64,000 nucleotides of DNA from assembly GCA_964016885.1 (NCBI GenBank), contig OZ024742.1, positions 154,504,001 to 154,568,000 on the forward strand, given 5' to 3'. Under the pieces are notes generated by a model, which was given only the letters and a program-made list of their open reading frames with translations, had not been told where the DNA came from and ran no database searches. Positions 26,716 to 39,214 of the stretch are shown here, piece by piece. This DNA is from Eledone cirrhosa (taxonomy: Eukaryota). Position numbers and translations under genes: made by a program. Positions within the stretch are counted from its first letter, which is position 1, and each line of letters begins with the position of its first letter.

Positions 26716-27227
26716 TAGGATGATGCATGACACACCCTGACATAGTAGATGGTTAGGTTTCAGTCATGGTAGTGTGTAATATATGACAACACTCAATATT
26801 TATATACCTTAATATTGAGAAACATGAGACAAATATATAATACATACAATAGAGAGTGTGCGTGTGAGACAGCTTAAAAAATACGTGGGATCAATATAAC
26901 TGTTAAATAATTTAAATTACTGAAGAAAAAGGAAAGAAAAGAAAAGCATAGAGGAAGAGACAGATGAGGTGGTAATATAGTTAGTAGGGGCCTAGAAACG
27001 CAAAAGAGAGTTGATTACAGAGAGAGAGATAAAGATAAATAAAGTTATGTTCAAGTCTTGAGACAATTATCTATATACTAGCATTAAAGCCCGGCGTTGC
27101 TCGGGGTCATTAAGTTACCAAAGTTAGGTTACACCACCCATTTTATGGCAGCACTTTTTTGTAAATGTTAAAGGGTTAAATGTTTACGTGTGTGTGTGTG
27201 TGTAGAATAATAATAATGATAATAAGA

Positions 27228-27630
27228 ATTGTTTCTACTTTAGGCACAAGGCCAGCAATGACCCAGTGCATTACTGGTACTTTATTTTATCAACCCCGTA
27301 AGGATGAAAGGCAAAGTAAACCTTGGTGGGTTTTGAACTCAGACCGTAAAGGGACGTAACTATGCTGGAAAGCATGGCGTCCGACTCTCTACCGATACTG
27401 CCAATCCACCGCCCTAATAATTAATAGTATTAGTATTATTGTTATTTGTCAATATTGGTAGAGTGTCGGACAACTTTTTTTGTAATATATAGTTACATGC
27501 CTTTATGTTCTGAATTCAAATCCTGCCGAGGTCAACTTTGCCTTTCATCCTTACAGGGTCAATAAGATAAAGTACCAGTGATGCACTGGGCTTGTTTTAA
27601 TCAACTTTCCCCACCCCAAAATTGCTAGCT
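27228..27630. mobile_element. Two SINE copies in opposite orientation
   Basis: Minus copy 27228-27414; plus copy about 27455-27630. Confidence 0.8.
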
Positions 27631-27644
27631 TTTTGAAAGTAATG

Positions 27645-27852
27645 TGCTAGTGGCTGAGCATTCCACACACATGTGCTCCCCTAACATATTTCTTAGGGAG
27701 ATTCAGCATGACACACGAGGCTGGCTGTCCCTGTGACTGGAGATATTTGAAATGAAGTTTCTTGCTCAAGGACAGAATACACTGCCGGGAATCAAACTCA
27801 CAACCTTACGATCTTGGGCTAAAGACTCTAACCACTAAGTCGCATGCCTTCA
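27645..27852 (-). mobile_element. Second tRNA-derived SINE family (CORE-like central segment)
   Basis: Minus strand GGC..G.CTTAGTGGTTAGAG (A box)...GTGAGTTTGATTCCCGG (B box)...GTCCTTGAGCAAGAAACTTC. A related copy lies at 35484-35790. Confidence 0.7.
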
Positions 27853-28092
27853 CTGGGTGTATGGGTGTGTGGGTGTGTGTGTGTGTGTGTGTGTGGGTGT
27901 GTGTGTGTGTGAATTGCAGACCTGGAAGCAGGAGCTGCGCCAGCAGTGACAATTGTAGTTTCGCCTATGGATATTATTTCTGTGCAAAAAAGTCTTGAAA
28001 TTTATTGTTTCACAGTACTTGCGCAACATGCGCGTAGACGATGCCAACCGAACAACAGAGCTGCGATGGAGTTGTTCTGCATGGTTGTCTGT

Positions 28093-28461
28093 GTGTTTTC
28101 TAAATTTAAGACAGTAGGGAGGGTTGTGTTATGAGGGAGAGTTAGCTGTTGTTTCTAGCAGGTTTAGTGACCTCATAGAGGATATGTGTTTTCTAAATTT
28201 AAGACAGTAGGGAGTGGTGTGATATGGGGGAGAGTTAGCTGCTATTTCTAGCAGGTTTAGTGACCTCATAGAGGATATGTGTTTTCTAAATTTAAGACAG
28301 TAGGGAATGGTGTGATATGGGGGAGAGTTAGCTGCTGTTTCTAGCAGGTTTAGTGACCTCGTAAAAGATATGTTTTCTAAATTTAAGACAGTAGGGAGGG
28401 GTGTGGTATGGGGGAGAGTTAGCTGCTGTTTCTAGCAGGTTTAATGACCTCATAGAGGATA
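28093..28461. repeat. Minisatellite, 4 x about 93 bp
   Basis: GTGTTTTCTAAATTTAAGACAGTAGGGA...CTAGCAGGTTTAGTGACCTCATAGAGGATAT starting at 28093, 28186, 28279 and about 28370. Confidence 0.95.
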
Positions 28462-29244
28462 TTATTGTTTATCATTATCTATAAAATGCAGATTGTTGTT
28501 GTTGTTGTTGAAGTGAGTGTGTGTTTGTATACGTTTGGAAAAGAGGTTTTAAAAAAGATTTATCGCGTGTTGTTGAATAAATGTATCTGTTGCTTTTGAA
28601 TAATTGTCGTTTCGTATGAAATGTAATAATTGTTTCTACTTTTTTGGCACAAGGCCAGCAATTATCCAGTACATTACTGGTACTTTATGTAATAATAAAC
28701 GTTCACTATCTCTCTCCCTCTCACTCTCTTCTCTCTCTCTCTTCGGCAATCACACACGTTGTCAGATGATATGAGAGAGTAAAACGGACAGTATCACCAT
28801 CAAGCTTGGAAAGAGAAAGTTGCAGATAGTATGAAGTTGTATAGATTTTGAATGGTAGTGGAAAGAGTTTAGCAGTTTAAATGACAGAGGAAAATCGTAA
28901 AATATTGAGTTTTATCTATTTTTTGCGTAATTGTGGGTGAAATTGAAAAAATTAGATGTGCCAGGACGCAATCGATGCTATTTCGAATACTCAATTGTAA
29001 ATTTCAATTGAAGAAATTCTATATCGTAGATTTCTATAAGAAAGGAGCATGACCACACACTGAGCTTTATAGATTATGATGCAATATATATCTAAACATA
29101 TCTGGTTGACCGTTAATATTCAAAATATTTAATTTAAGTTATTTCAGAGTAATTAATAATATTTTAGGTTTTAAAATTAATAGGTTATTGTATTAATATT
29201 AAAGTATACTATCAAATTTAATTTCTAAAATCAAATTTTATGAA

Positions 29245-29303
<59 letters not shown>

Positions 29304-29829
29304 GACTGAAGTTGACATCAGTTAATTAGAATTTAACTCATTTATATTTCTTACGCAACAGCTGTTATACGTATTCTGAGGGTAACTCTTCTTTCCATTG
29401 AAGATAAGCACGTTGTTTTATGATACAAACATGCATTTTTTGCTCTAAGGTTACTTGCTGTTACGTTGCATACCATCACATGATAGGATATCTGAATCAT
29501 CTTGAATGCTCTTTAAGCTTCCTTTAAAACGTATGCGTACTGATTAGTTATAAATGTCTTAATGTAATAATTAACTATATTAATTATGTTAATGTTTATA
29601 TCTTCTTAGGCATACGAATTTTTGTAAGTAAAATTATGTTTTTTTCTTTTTAAATGTAATCTTTACTTACCGTGGTATTGTTTTATATTCTGTATATTAT
29701 TATACCTAAATATATTTATGAATGAAACTATGTAAAATACGAATTCAACCTGTAACAGCATTGATATGTTTATGGCCTAATACGATTGAAATAGTATTGT
29801 TTTGGTTTATATATATATATATATATAAT

Positions 29830-31187
29830 GTTGGATTGAATTAATTACACATTCAGGAGAAATAGTAATATCTTCATTTATCCAAGTCCAACACCAACAT
29901 TTATTACTGTTCGAATACTTGTCTGTTGTCTATTAGCGTTGAAATACTGAGATATTTTCCTTCGTAGCGAAAGTATCCCAGTTATCATGCAAATGTTTCA
30001 GGAAAAGGAACAGAGCACGCTATCAGTTGTCATCAGTAGTAGAATGAATCCCTCGTTTACATTGCCGAATTTTACTGGTCCTTAGTGTATAATTTCATGT
30101 AAGTTGCATTATTTAATTAAAATATTTTGTTGAGGATAAAGAAAAGCTACGACAGCTGGTCCTTAAGGCCTGCCACCAACGTTGTTAAATGTCATCATGA
30201 AGCTGGACAATTTATACCTGTGTTGAGAGGAATCTACAATGTGTGCATGGAACGTGTGATCCCCATAAAAAAAAACAATATACATGAGATATTCTTAAAA
30301 AACACAAATAGTTTCATTATACCTGCAAACGTAATTTTTAAAGGAACGTCAGTTTTGTTGATGATTAGATTGATTAGATAATTTTAAAAGAGCTCTAACA
30401 TTGAATATATCAAGAACTAACAATGTTGAATAATAGTATGTTATAAAAGTCACAATTTTGACACAGACACAGATAATCATTACTATGTGACAAACATAAG
30501 GACCTTTTACTGGATTAAACTGTATTACATATATATGTAAATATTACGAATGTATCTCTGAGCTAGCACGGTAAAGTTACAAGAAATAGGTACGATTTGA
30601 CACACACACACATGTATATATATATATACATATAGCTTATGTTAACTTTATATATATATATATAACTTATGTTAACTTTAACCCTTCTGTTGAGAACTCT
30701 ATTCGATTTGTGATGTTTTGCATTCTTGCAATAATATACACAACTGGATCCATTCGCCTGATATAGGGGTTGCCTCCCTTGCCGATCCCCACGTGGTGTC
30801 AGCAATATTAGCATTGAACTTGTATTAGCATTGAACTAAAGCCTGTTGAGAAAGTGGATTCCTTGTTCAATCATCTTACCAGAAACCTAACATTATTTAT
30901 GTAAGCGGACAGTACGTGATTTAGGAGTCTCAGAAACACAAATGCTGGATTTTACCAACCTTCCAGGGGTCCAGGTAAATCTTTCAAGCATATATATTTC
31001 TATTTGTTTTACCCGAATTACTTGATATTTTTTGGGGTGTGTGCGGATGATTGTTTAACCATCGTCTCAGTGTGTTTGGCCTTTAACGTTTGTTATAGCT
31101 CTGGTTCATCTGAATCATTGAACACTTGCCACACATCTCGGAGGTTGTTTTTCGTTATTTCGTGGGCCGAAATGCGATTGTCGATAA

Positions 31188-31190
<3 letters not shown>
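29830..31190 (-). pseudogene. Highly decayed Penelope-like RT remnant
   Basis: Weak minus-strand echoes of RT motifs (LVLDIFNV, MGIT, thumb-region spacing) and a decayed CTGATGA..GAAA near 29985-30040. Confidence 0.35.
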
Positions 31191-31227
<37 letters not shown>

Positions 31228-31260
31228 AAAATAGAGGTTGACACACGAGTTGTGATATAT

Positions 31261-33390
31261 TATTAAAAAGGAAAAGAAAATGCTGACAAATTTTCCCAGT
31301 GAAAAATAGCTTAATTTGGAATAAGTATAAATTAGTAATAAGTATTGGTTAGTATTCAGTTTTAGTTTTAAGTTTTTACCGGTTGCGCATTTCTAATACT
31401 TTTCAAAAATAATTTGGGGATAGAGCGCTTGTGATGTTTTCTCTAATCTGAGCAGTTTTGGAAATTCTTTCTGTTTTATGTGAAAAAAGTGGCTCCAGAG
31501 GTATTAAGATTTGGTTGGTTTTTTAATGTCACGTGAATAAGTACTATACATTTCGCGCCAATTCGTGTTGCAAACATTCTTGTAGTCAAAACAATTTTGA
31601 TTGGTCGGTAGAAGTCACGTGAATGTTAAAATTGATTTTAGCGCGAAATGGTTTGGCGCCAAATGGAGGTTTGTCGAAGAGTGTCCTTTTCTGCTTGATT
31701 GAGTAGCAGTCATGTTGAAATGTCACTGAAAAACATGTATATTAAGAAAAATATGTGTGTCTCTGTGTCTGTAGTAAAGAGGTTCATTGTTGTGATAATG
31801 GTCAGTAGGGATGTGTGTGTGAGTTGCAGTCATCTTGAAAGTTCAACAGTTCAGGTGTCTATTAAAACAAATATGTGTGATTGTGTGTGTGTGTGTGTGT
31901 GTGTGTAGCAGAGTGGTTCGTAGTAGATGGAATGAATCGGTCAGTAGGAATGTGTGTGTACTCGTGTGTGTGTTTGAGGGGGGTGGGGTGTTATAACATG
32001 TTGAAACATATTTTTCAGCTCTTGTCTTATACGGAGATGTGTGTGTGTGTATGTTTATGTATGTATGTTTGTATGTTAGTATACGCGTGTGTATGTTTGC
32101 GTGTGTGTGTGTGTGTGTGGATGTACCAGTATGTTTGTGAGACTGGTAAAAATGTTGTACATTATTCGATATTTTCACTCATTTGCAAAAAACGATTATC
32201 TCAAAAGAACATCAATAACATCAATAATAAAAGAGGTGAATGATGTATAGTATTGCCATAACACCAAGGTGTGTGTGAGTCCAGATTGTATGTACTGAAA
32301 GGGGATTACCTTAGACCCTGCCGTATGGGATACTTGTGTACAAATATGTATGTGCCCATCAATGCGCAATACATGTGTGCGTATGTGTATGTGTGCGTGT
32401 CGGCACGTGTATATCTATAAACATCAGTTGATGTTTATAGATGCATAATTGTACACAATTTGTACACAAGTATCCCATACGGCGGGGCCTAAGGGATTCC
32501 CCTGGCAGTACGTACAATCTGGATAATTCACACACACCTTGGTGTTATGACAATACTATACATCATTGCACCTCTTTTATTATTGATGTTATTGATGTTC
32601 TTTTGAGAGAATCGTTTTTGCAAATGACTGAAAATATCGAATAATGTACATTTTTACCAGTATCACAAACATACTGGTCCATCCACACACATACACACAC
32701 ACATATACACACACACACATATACACACGCGTACACTAACATACAAACAAACACACACACACCCACATAAAACACGCACACACACACACACTCATACATA
32801 TTTGTCTTAATAGACACCTGAACTATTGACCTTTCAACATGACTGCAACTCACACACATCCCTACAGACCATTATAACAACAATGAACCTCTTTACTACA
32901 TACACACACACACACACATCTTTGTCTTAATAGACATGTTTTTCAGTGACTTCTCAACAAGGCTGCAACTCAATCAAGCGGAAAAGGACACTCTTCGACA
33001 AACCTACATTTGGCGCCAAACCATTTCGCGCTAAAATCAATGTTAACATTCACGTGACTTCTACCGACCAATCAAAATTGTTTTGACTACAATAATTTTT
33101 GTAACACGAATTTACTCGAAAAGTATAGTACTTATTCACGTGACACAACAGCAAACCAAATCTTAATACCTCTGGAGCCGCTTTTTTCACATAAAACAGG
33201 AAGAATTTCCAAAACTGCTCAGATTAGAGCAAACATCACGAGCGCTCTATCTCACAATTATTTTTGAAAAGCATTAGAAATGCGCAACCGGTAAAAACTT
33301 AAAACAAAAACTGAATACTAACTAATACTTATCCCTAATTAAACTATTTTTCACTGGGAAACATTTGTCAGCATTTTCTTTTCCTTTTTA

Positions 33391-33395
<5 letters not shown>
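31261..33395. mobile_element. Large foldback element, arms of about 1 kb, in a (TA)n context
   Basis: 31261-32346 is the imperfect reverse complement of 32457-33395 (for example AAAAAGGAAAAGAAAATGCTGACAAA / TTTGTCAGCATTTTCTTTTCCTTTTT). No ORF of note. Confidence 0.9.
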
Positions 33396-33460
<65 letters not shown>

Positions 33461-33505
33461 GTGAAGAAACATAAGTCAATTGCATTAACTCATAATCCTT
33501 TATTT

Positions 33506-33546
33506 ACTGCTATATATATTTCGATGATAGCCATTGATCAGGCAGT
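33506..33546 (-). ncRNA. Decayed hammerhead motif
   Basis: Minus strand ACTGC-CTGATCA-ATGGCTATCATC-GAAA-TATATA-TA-GCAGT. Stem I is perfect but G8 is changed to C. Confidence 0.55.
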
Positions 33547-33960
33547 TAATCAATTCTTAGATATGCCAGCTCTGTGTTTATAGTGTTGATGGTATCAGAG
33601 CCTTGGGACATATATATATATATATATAATATGTGTAGAAATAAATACAGAGAATTATGTATCTAAAACTACGAGGGTAGATGTACCACAAATGTCTTAT
33701 ATATTAAATATGAATCCTACAGTGAGATGTATAATTTATACAGACCGCATCAATAACTGTTACAACTCTCAGACAGATTAGAGATTTAATCTGTTTCTGA
33801 AAAGTTCTGATAATCCGTAGGTTTTTCGTCAGCGAAAGATTAGATCAAATGAAACAAAACACATCTAAATGTTATTACATATTATATAATGCTCAGTATT
33901 TATACTTTGAGCTTGTTAATTACAGGGTTTCAATATGAGTTAATAACTCTTTATTTTATT

Positions 33961-34014
<54 letters not shown>

Positions 34015-34056
34015 CTAGGTCTAGCAAATAAAAAATTCGCTGTACTTACTATATGT

Positions 34057-34138
34057 GCCTTTACCATGGTTTCAAGTTCCAGAAAAAACGGATAATCCAG
34101 GCGGAGTTCCATTGAGAAGGGAACCATCTTCAGAAGGC
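34057..34138 (-). ncRNA. Type I hammerhead ribozyme motif
   Basis: Minus strand GCCTT-CTGAAGA-TGGTTCC...GGAACTT-GAAA-CCATGG-TA-AAGGC. Stem III is the palindrome ACCATGGT. Confidence 0.75.
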
Positions 34139-34245
34139 TCTTGTCACTCGGAGAATATAAAACTCCCGAGTTCAAATCACAAACTGACGGCATACCAAAC
34201 CATTCCCAGATAAGATTGGATGATGGAAGAAATACATACACACAC

Positions 34246-34329
<84 letters not shown>

Positions 34330-34398
34330 TATCCAGTGAATTACCAACCGATAAGGTATGATTTTCATGGGTATGTCTCTATTTATAAAACAATTTTG

Positions 34399-34459
34399 TA
34401 TTTTATCTGATGAAAGCGTACCTATGTTGTTTTGGTTACCCTTGAAATATAATAAAATA
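34399..34459 (+). ncRNA. Type I hammerhead ribozyme motif with very short stem III
   Basis: TATTTTAT-CTGATGA-AAGCGTACC..GGTTACCCTT-GAAA-TA-TA-ATAAAATA, with a perfect 8-bp stem I. Confidence 0.7.
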
Positions 34460-34503
34460 AATATGGATTTATAAATATAGTTTTCATTTATTTAATATCA
34501 TTG

Positions 34504-34597
<94 letters not shown>

Positions 34598-35483
34598 CAT
34601 GTATATATATTTATATATGTGTGTGTGTGTATATAAATAAAAAATTAGTACCAGTAAATACATAAATATGAAAGTAGATATACATAGAAAAAAAGCAAAA
34701 TGATTATTCAATGTGTCTATACGAAAATGATACACTCCGAAAACAAAGCCAACAATAAACAAATCATCTACTGGATAAGACCATTGAATTCCAGCCTCCG
34801 CTCTAATAAATACATTAAAACAGATTATGACCTAAATGTCTATACGAGAACTATCACATCCTACATAATCCCTACCTCGGTCAACATTCAAATTTCCCAA
34901 CCACTAACCCACTCGAAATATGAGTGTTGGGATGACGAATATCTGCCCTCTGTGGCCTTCATATTATGAGAATAGACATTAAACAATATGTATTATTATC
35001 TACAGTCACTACGACCCCATTGCCTAATAATCTACACCAACTAGATCCATTGCCATGACTAACAGACAAAAATTATTTAAATGTTAGATGGCTATCCTGA
35101 CAAAAAAACCGACATCATTGCAATCATATGTACACCAAAATTGCAAACACTTATTAAATGAATGAAACCTACCTTTCTTTAAAACATGAATACGAAATTC
35201 AAATCCAGAAAAGAGTGAAAATAAATAAAACAAGGAATCAAAAATCTGTAATACTTGACCAACATTGAAAAGTCTCAAAGCTAGAAATTATTAAATTTAA
35301 CATAGTTAAATAATTTAACAATACATGTGTAATTATAAAATAACTAAAAAATATCCTGAAATAATTCGAATCGGTAACTAAATAAATAAATAGATTTATA
35401 TAAATGAAATAATCTTGTAGTTTAATCCTTAAATATTAAACAAAAAAAAAAAATATATATATATATAGGTAAAGAATATTAAG

Positions 35484-35790
35484 TTAGGTTACATACCCAC
35501 TTCTTTGGTCATGAATGTCAATGTGATTTGCAGCGAGAAAGGAACCGATCCTTGGCAATGGGTTTTTGTTATTATGGAAGACTAGCAGTTGCCCATGCAT
35601 ATGAGTCTCACTACCACATGTCATTGATGTTATCGAAGGAAAAGCGAAAGGCCGATACAGTTTGGTGCCAGTGACGTGGCAACTCAATTCCAGTAAACTA
35701 GAGCAGCATGAAATGCGTCTTGACGAAGAACACAACGTTTCGCCCGTTTGAGGAATCGAACTCACAACCCCACGATCGTGACTCTGGAAA
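35484..35790 (-). mobile_element. SINE of the second (CORE-like) family, 5' degraded
   Basis: ATGAAATGCGTCTTG..GAAGAACACAACG..GAATCGAACTCACAACC matches the 27645-27852 copy. Confidence 0.6.
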
Positions 35791-35835
35791 CGCACCTAGA
35801 CAGACAGATAGTTATCTTGTTTTATCTGAGATTGC

Positions 35836-35836
<1 letters not shown>

Positions 35837-35866
<30 letters not shown>

Positions 35867-36063
35867 CTTCTTCTTCTTCTTCTTCTTCTTCTTCTTCTTC
35901 TTCTTCTTCTTCTTCTTCTTCTTCTTCTTCTTCTTCTTCTTCTTCTTCAAAGTAGTGGGTGAAGAGTCCTCAAACACTCCTTTCAGCGGGTCCTGTCAGA
36001 AACAACCGTATCCAACTGATCCGGTTGTATCTCCCAGCAAAGCCAGCCAAACCCATCGATATT
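35837..36063 (-). mobile_element. 3' end of an RTE-clade LINE with (GAA)n tail
   Basis: Minus strand IDG..W..EIQPDQLDTVVSDRTR*KECLRTLHP followed by (GAA)n (35837-35948). It continues the RTE fragment broken at 38078. Confidence 0.7.
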
Positions 36064-38077
36064 TTCTCAGTTTCATCATGTTTTAATGAAGTCTCAATAT
36101 TCTAAGTTGATTTTATAAGTTTGTGTTTCAGCGATTAGAGTTACAATATATATTAGATTAGATGCTGTGTTCCTGTTTCTTCTACAAAGCGGTTGGAGGC
36201 CGAAAGAGTCCACGGTGGAACCGCATTGACGTTGGTGTGTCTGGCAGATCCGGAGTCCGAGCCTCAGGGAAACGCCGATGCGCAGGCTATGGTTATCTAG
36301 CTGCGTACCAGTGGAAAAGGAGGGTAGGGCATGGAACTAGGCACCAATGAAGGCCGCAGGAAACCAAGCAAGGAGGTGCTGGTCGAGCTGGCGCGTGAGC
36401 CTGTTTGAGGCCAGGCTGCTATGGATGGCATCCCAAGTCCGTTGGGGGGACTTGACGTACAACAGGAGGGAACTCTTCTGGGCTAAGTCCCAGCCGGTCC
36501 CACGTCTCGCAGGCGGCCTCACGTTCTCTGAACACAGAGGGTTCCGTTGTGTTTTGAAGAACCCTCCTGACGAGGACACGGCACGAGGTTACCGACGAAA
36601 GATACGCCGGAAAAGATAGTGAGATCGGGGACCGGAGGCCAAGGCCGCCATACCTGACAGGTAAAGTGGCCTGTTGCCACCCTGTGTCGTTCAACTTGAT
36701 GTTACATATCTCCTCGGCTGCTGTTCGGATACAAGTATCGAGGTAAGCGAGGAGAGATGTCTGGTTGTAGCACGGATCGCTGAGGAGTGTATAGAGGAGC
36801 TTCGGCATGGCGAAGCAGTTCCTAAGCAGAAAGAGAGATGGGTGGCCGTCAATCAAGCCTAGTTGGCTCGTGACAGTCTGGAGCTGTTGAAGCCTGGATC
36901 TGATGGTTGAGCGGATGGCCGGCAGGTGGATCGGTGACTTGAGGATGAGGACATCCTCTTTGGGAGTTACCTGAACCTGGCCGAGAATGGACCGCACATC
37001 CAAGACGGAAGCTGCAAAGCTCACAGCATCGAGGCTGACATTCACCACTTCTGACTTGGCCGAGTTGACCTGGAGGCTGATTCTCGCCAGGGCAGGAACC
37101 ACCGGTTGAAGGTCATGGCAGACCGTCCGTACGGGCCCGCCTAACGTAGCATCATCCAGATACCAAACGTTGAGGGGAGCCGTGATACTCAGGGCGATGT
37201 GGTCAATAGCAAGGGCGAACAGGAGGGGTCTCAAATGGTCACCAGTAGCCGAGGGTATGACCGTATCAGCAGCAAGGAGCATGCGCGGAGCTCCATAAGA
37301 CAGGTAGACCAGCGGGTAGGCAGAGGGAGCTCGGCTTAGGCAGGCCTCGAGCAGATCATCCCAGCGTAAAGAGTTGAAGGCATTCCTCATATCAAGCTTG
37401 ACAATGAGGTGCCTGGAGTCCCTGGATGCCGGTTCCGATGGGCAACTGAAATAACTGCCTGGTTTCATGAGCGGCACCCTCACAGCCACCGAACACGCAG
37501 ACACCCAGTTGCACCGGACTAAACTCCTCAACCAGTTCGTGTGTTACAGACTTGCAGATCACCTGGTCAGCGAGCCTCCGGAAGACATTGCCCACAGCAA
37601 TGGGGCTTATGCCACCCTCTTTCTTCCTTAGAGAGGTGAGGCTAGCTGAAAAAAGAGTCCTCGTAGGTAAGAGTCAAGGGCACCATGGATGAGCCTATTG
37701 ATCACCGTCACAATTGCACTCAGAAGGCGGCACCCGGCCTCAGCGTAGAGGGAGGGATATCAACTCCTTGAGGTGCCCTGGTCTGAGACTACCAACACCT
37801 CCGCAGCTGCTAACTGGGAAGGACGTGATGGCAGACATGATGCCTGCATCATAATCCACAAGGAGCAAGTGGGTGTCGCGTGGGGGTATGGGTATGAGAT
37901 CAGTGGGTGGCTCAGTGTGTTTGAGTCGCAGAGTAGCCTGGAGCTCCTCGGTGGGTTGGAGGAGAGTGTCTTCTGAGGCAACAAGTCTGACTCCGGCCGA
38001 GACATCACCCATGATAGGCTTCGCATTTACTTGGTCACGCAAACGCTTGGCGCTGGCCTCGGGGGTGGAGGATAGGG
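36064..38077 (-). mobile_element. CRE-clade non-LTR retrotransposon, 5'-truncated and frameshifted
   Basis: IAVGNVFRRLA, PVQLGV..GGCEGAAH, KLDMRNAFNS, WYLDDATLGG, WQQATLPVRYGGLGLRS, QRTWD and SLRLG..C..H..CG motifs. GC-rich relative to the flanks. Confidence 0.85.
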
Positions 38078-38460
38078 ATTATCCTTCCACCTTGCTCACG
38101 GTCTACCCGCGGGTCTCTTGCAGGTTGCCTTTGCCGTTAAAATCTGTTCAGCGAGTCTTTCCTGAGACATTCTAACCAGATGCCCATACTCCATCGCCCG
38201 ACGTTACACCAAAGTGTGTTCGGGGAACCCCATTTCGGTCGTTTGTATTCCCCATCGTATTCTTTAGGTCATTATGCAAGATTCATGACCATAGTTAAGA
38301 ATGGGCACGAATACCGATTTGAAAATAGCGCGTTCAGATTACTGAATGCTGGAAATGACTCATTACTGCACTAACTCCTGGTTTTCTTGCATTTAATTCA
38401 GCCTCCTACCTTCCATTACTCATGGACAGGGGGCTGAGTTACTTCAACTTCTCTAGTATA
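38078..38460 (-). mobile_element. RTE-clade LINE fragment (RT C-terminal part)
   Basis: Minus strand AIFKSVFVPILNYGHES and GHLVRMSQERLAEQIL...KRPAGRP*ARWKDN. Confidence 0.8.
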
Positions 38461-39214
38461 ACCCGCAGACAAATCCCCTTAGTGAACAAGAAGGCCCTGA
38501 TTACTGAGTTGCGGAGAATCGTAGGAGAACCCTTCGATGAGGGAGTGGAATTATTGCGGAAAAGAAGGGGAAAGTGCGTTAGATAGGAGTGGGGATAGTT
38601 CGAAGGGTAAAACATGTAGATTGTAGTTTGGGTTTAAAATATTTTTTTGCAAACTCAGACCTGTTTTTTTTTGTTGGTTTTTATTTCCTGTCATATTTTG
38701 TGTTTCCTCTATTGATCCTTTCAATTAAATACACCAACATTCATTCGCTAGACAATTGTCACCTCCAATTTAATTAAGTCACGGATGGATATGAAACAGT
38801 AATAGGTAAGAGTTGGCCTGTATTTCAATTAATTACACAAATATATATATATATATATATAATGTGTGTGTGTGTATGCGTGTGTGTGTGTGTAAGTTTG
38901 TGTGTGTCTGCGTGTCTGTATGTTATAGCAACATTGTATATAAGCATATATAAACTATAATTCTTACCTGGATTTCACCAGATGGAATCACCAAACACAA
39001 AATTTATTGAACTTGTCTTCTATTCTTATTCTTTGCTCGCTTATACCGCTGATGATCGTGGGAGGAGAGATCTGAAGCACATCTTCCAGCGGTTCCTGCA
39101 ATTCCTCTACTTAACTCAACATTATGTCTTCCATATCTAAACACCTTTTTTACACTTGATGACAATACAATAAATACTTTACTAGAGCGTCCTGAATAAA
39201 ATGATAAAGAATCA

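Larger units (their letters stand above)
27078..29073 (-). mobile_element. Non-autonomous Helitron containing nested SINEs and a minisatellite
   Basis: Minus-strand 3' end CCCGAGCAACGCCGGG hairpin + TTTAATG-CTAG|T at 27078. Putative 5' A|TCTATAAAGC at 29073. The 5' boundary is less certain. Confidence 0.65.
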
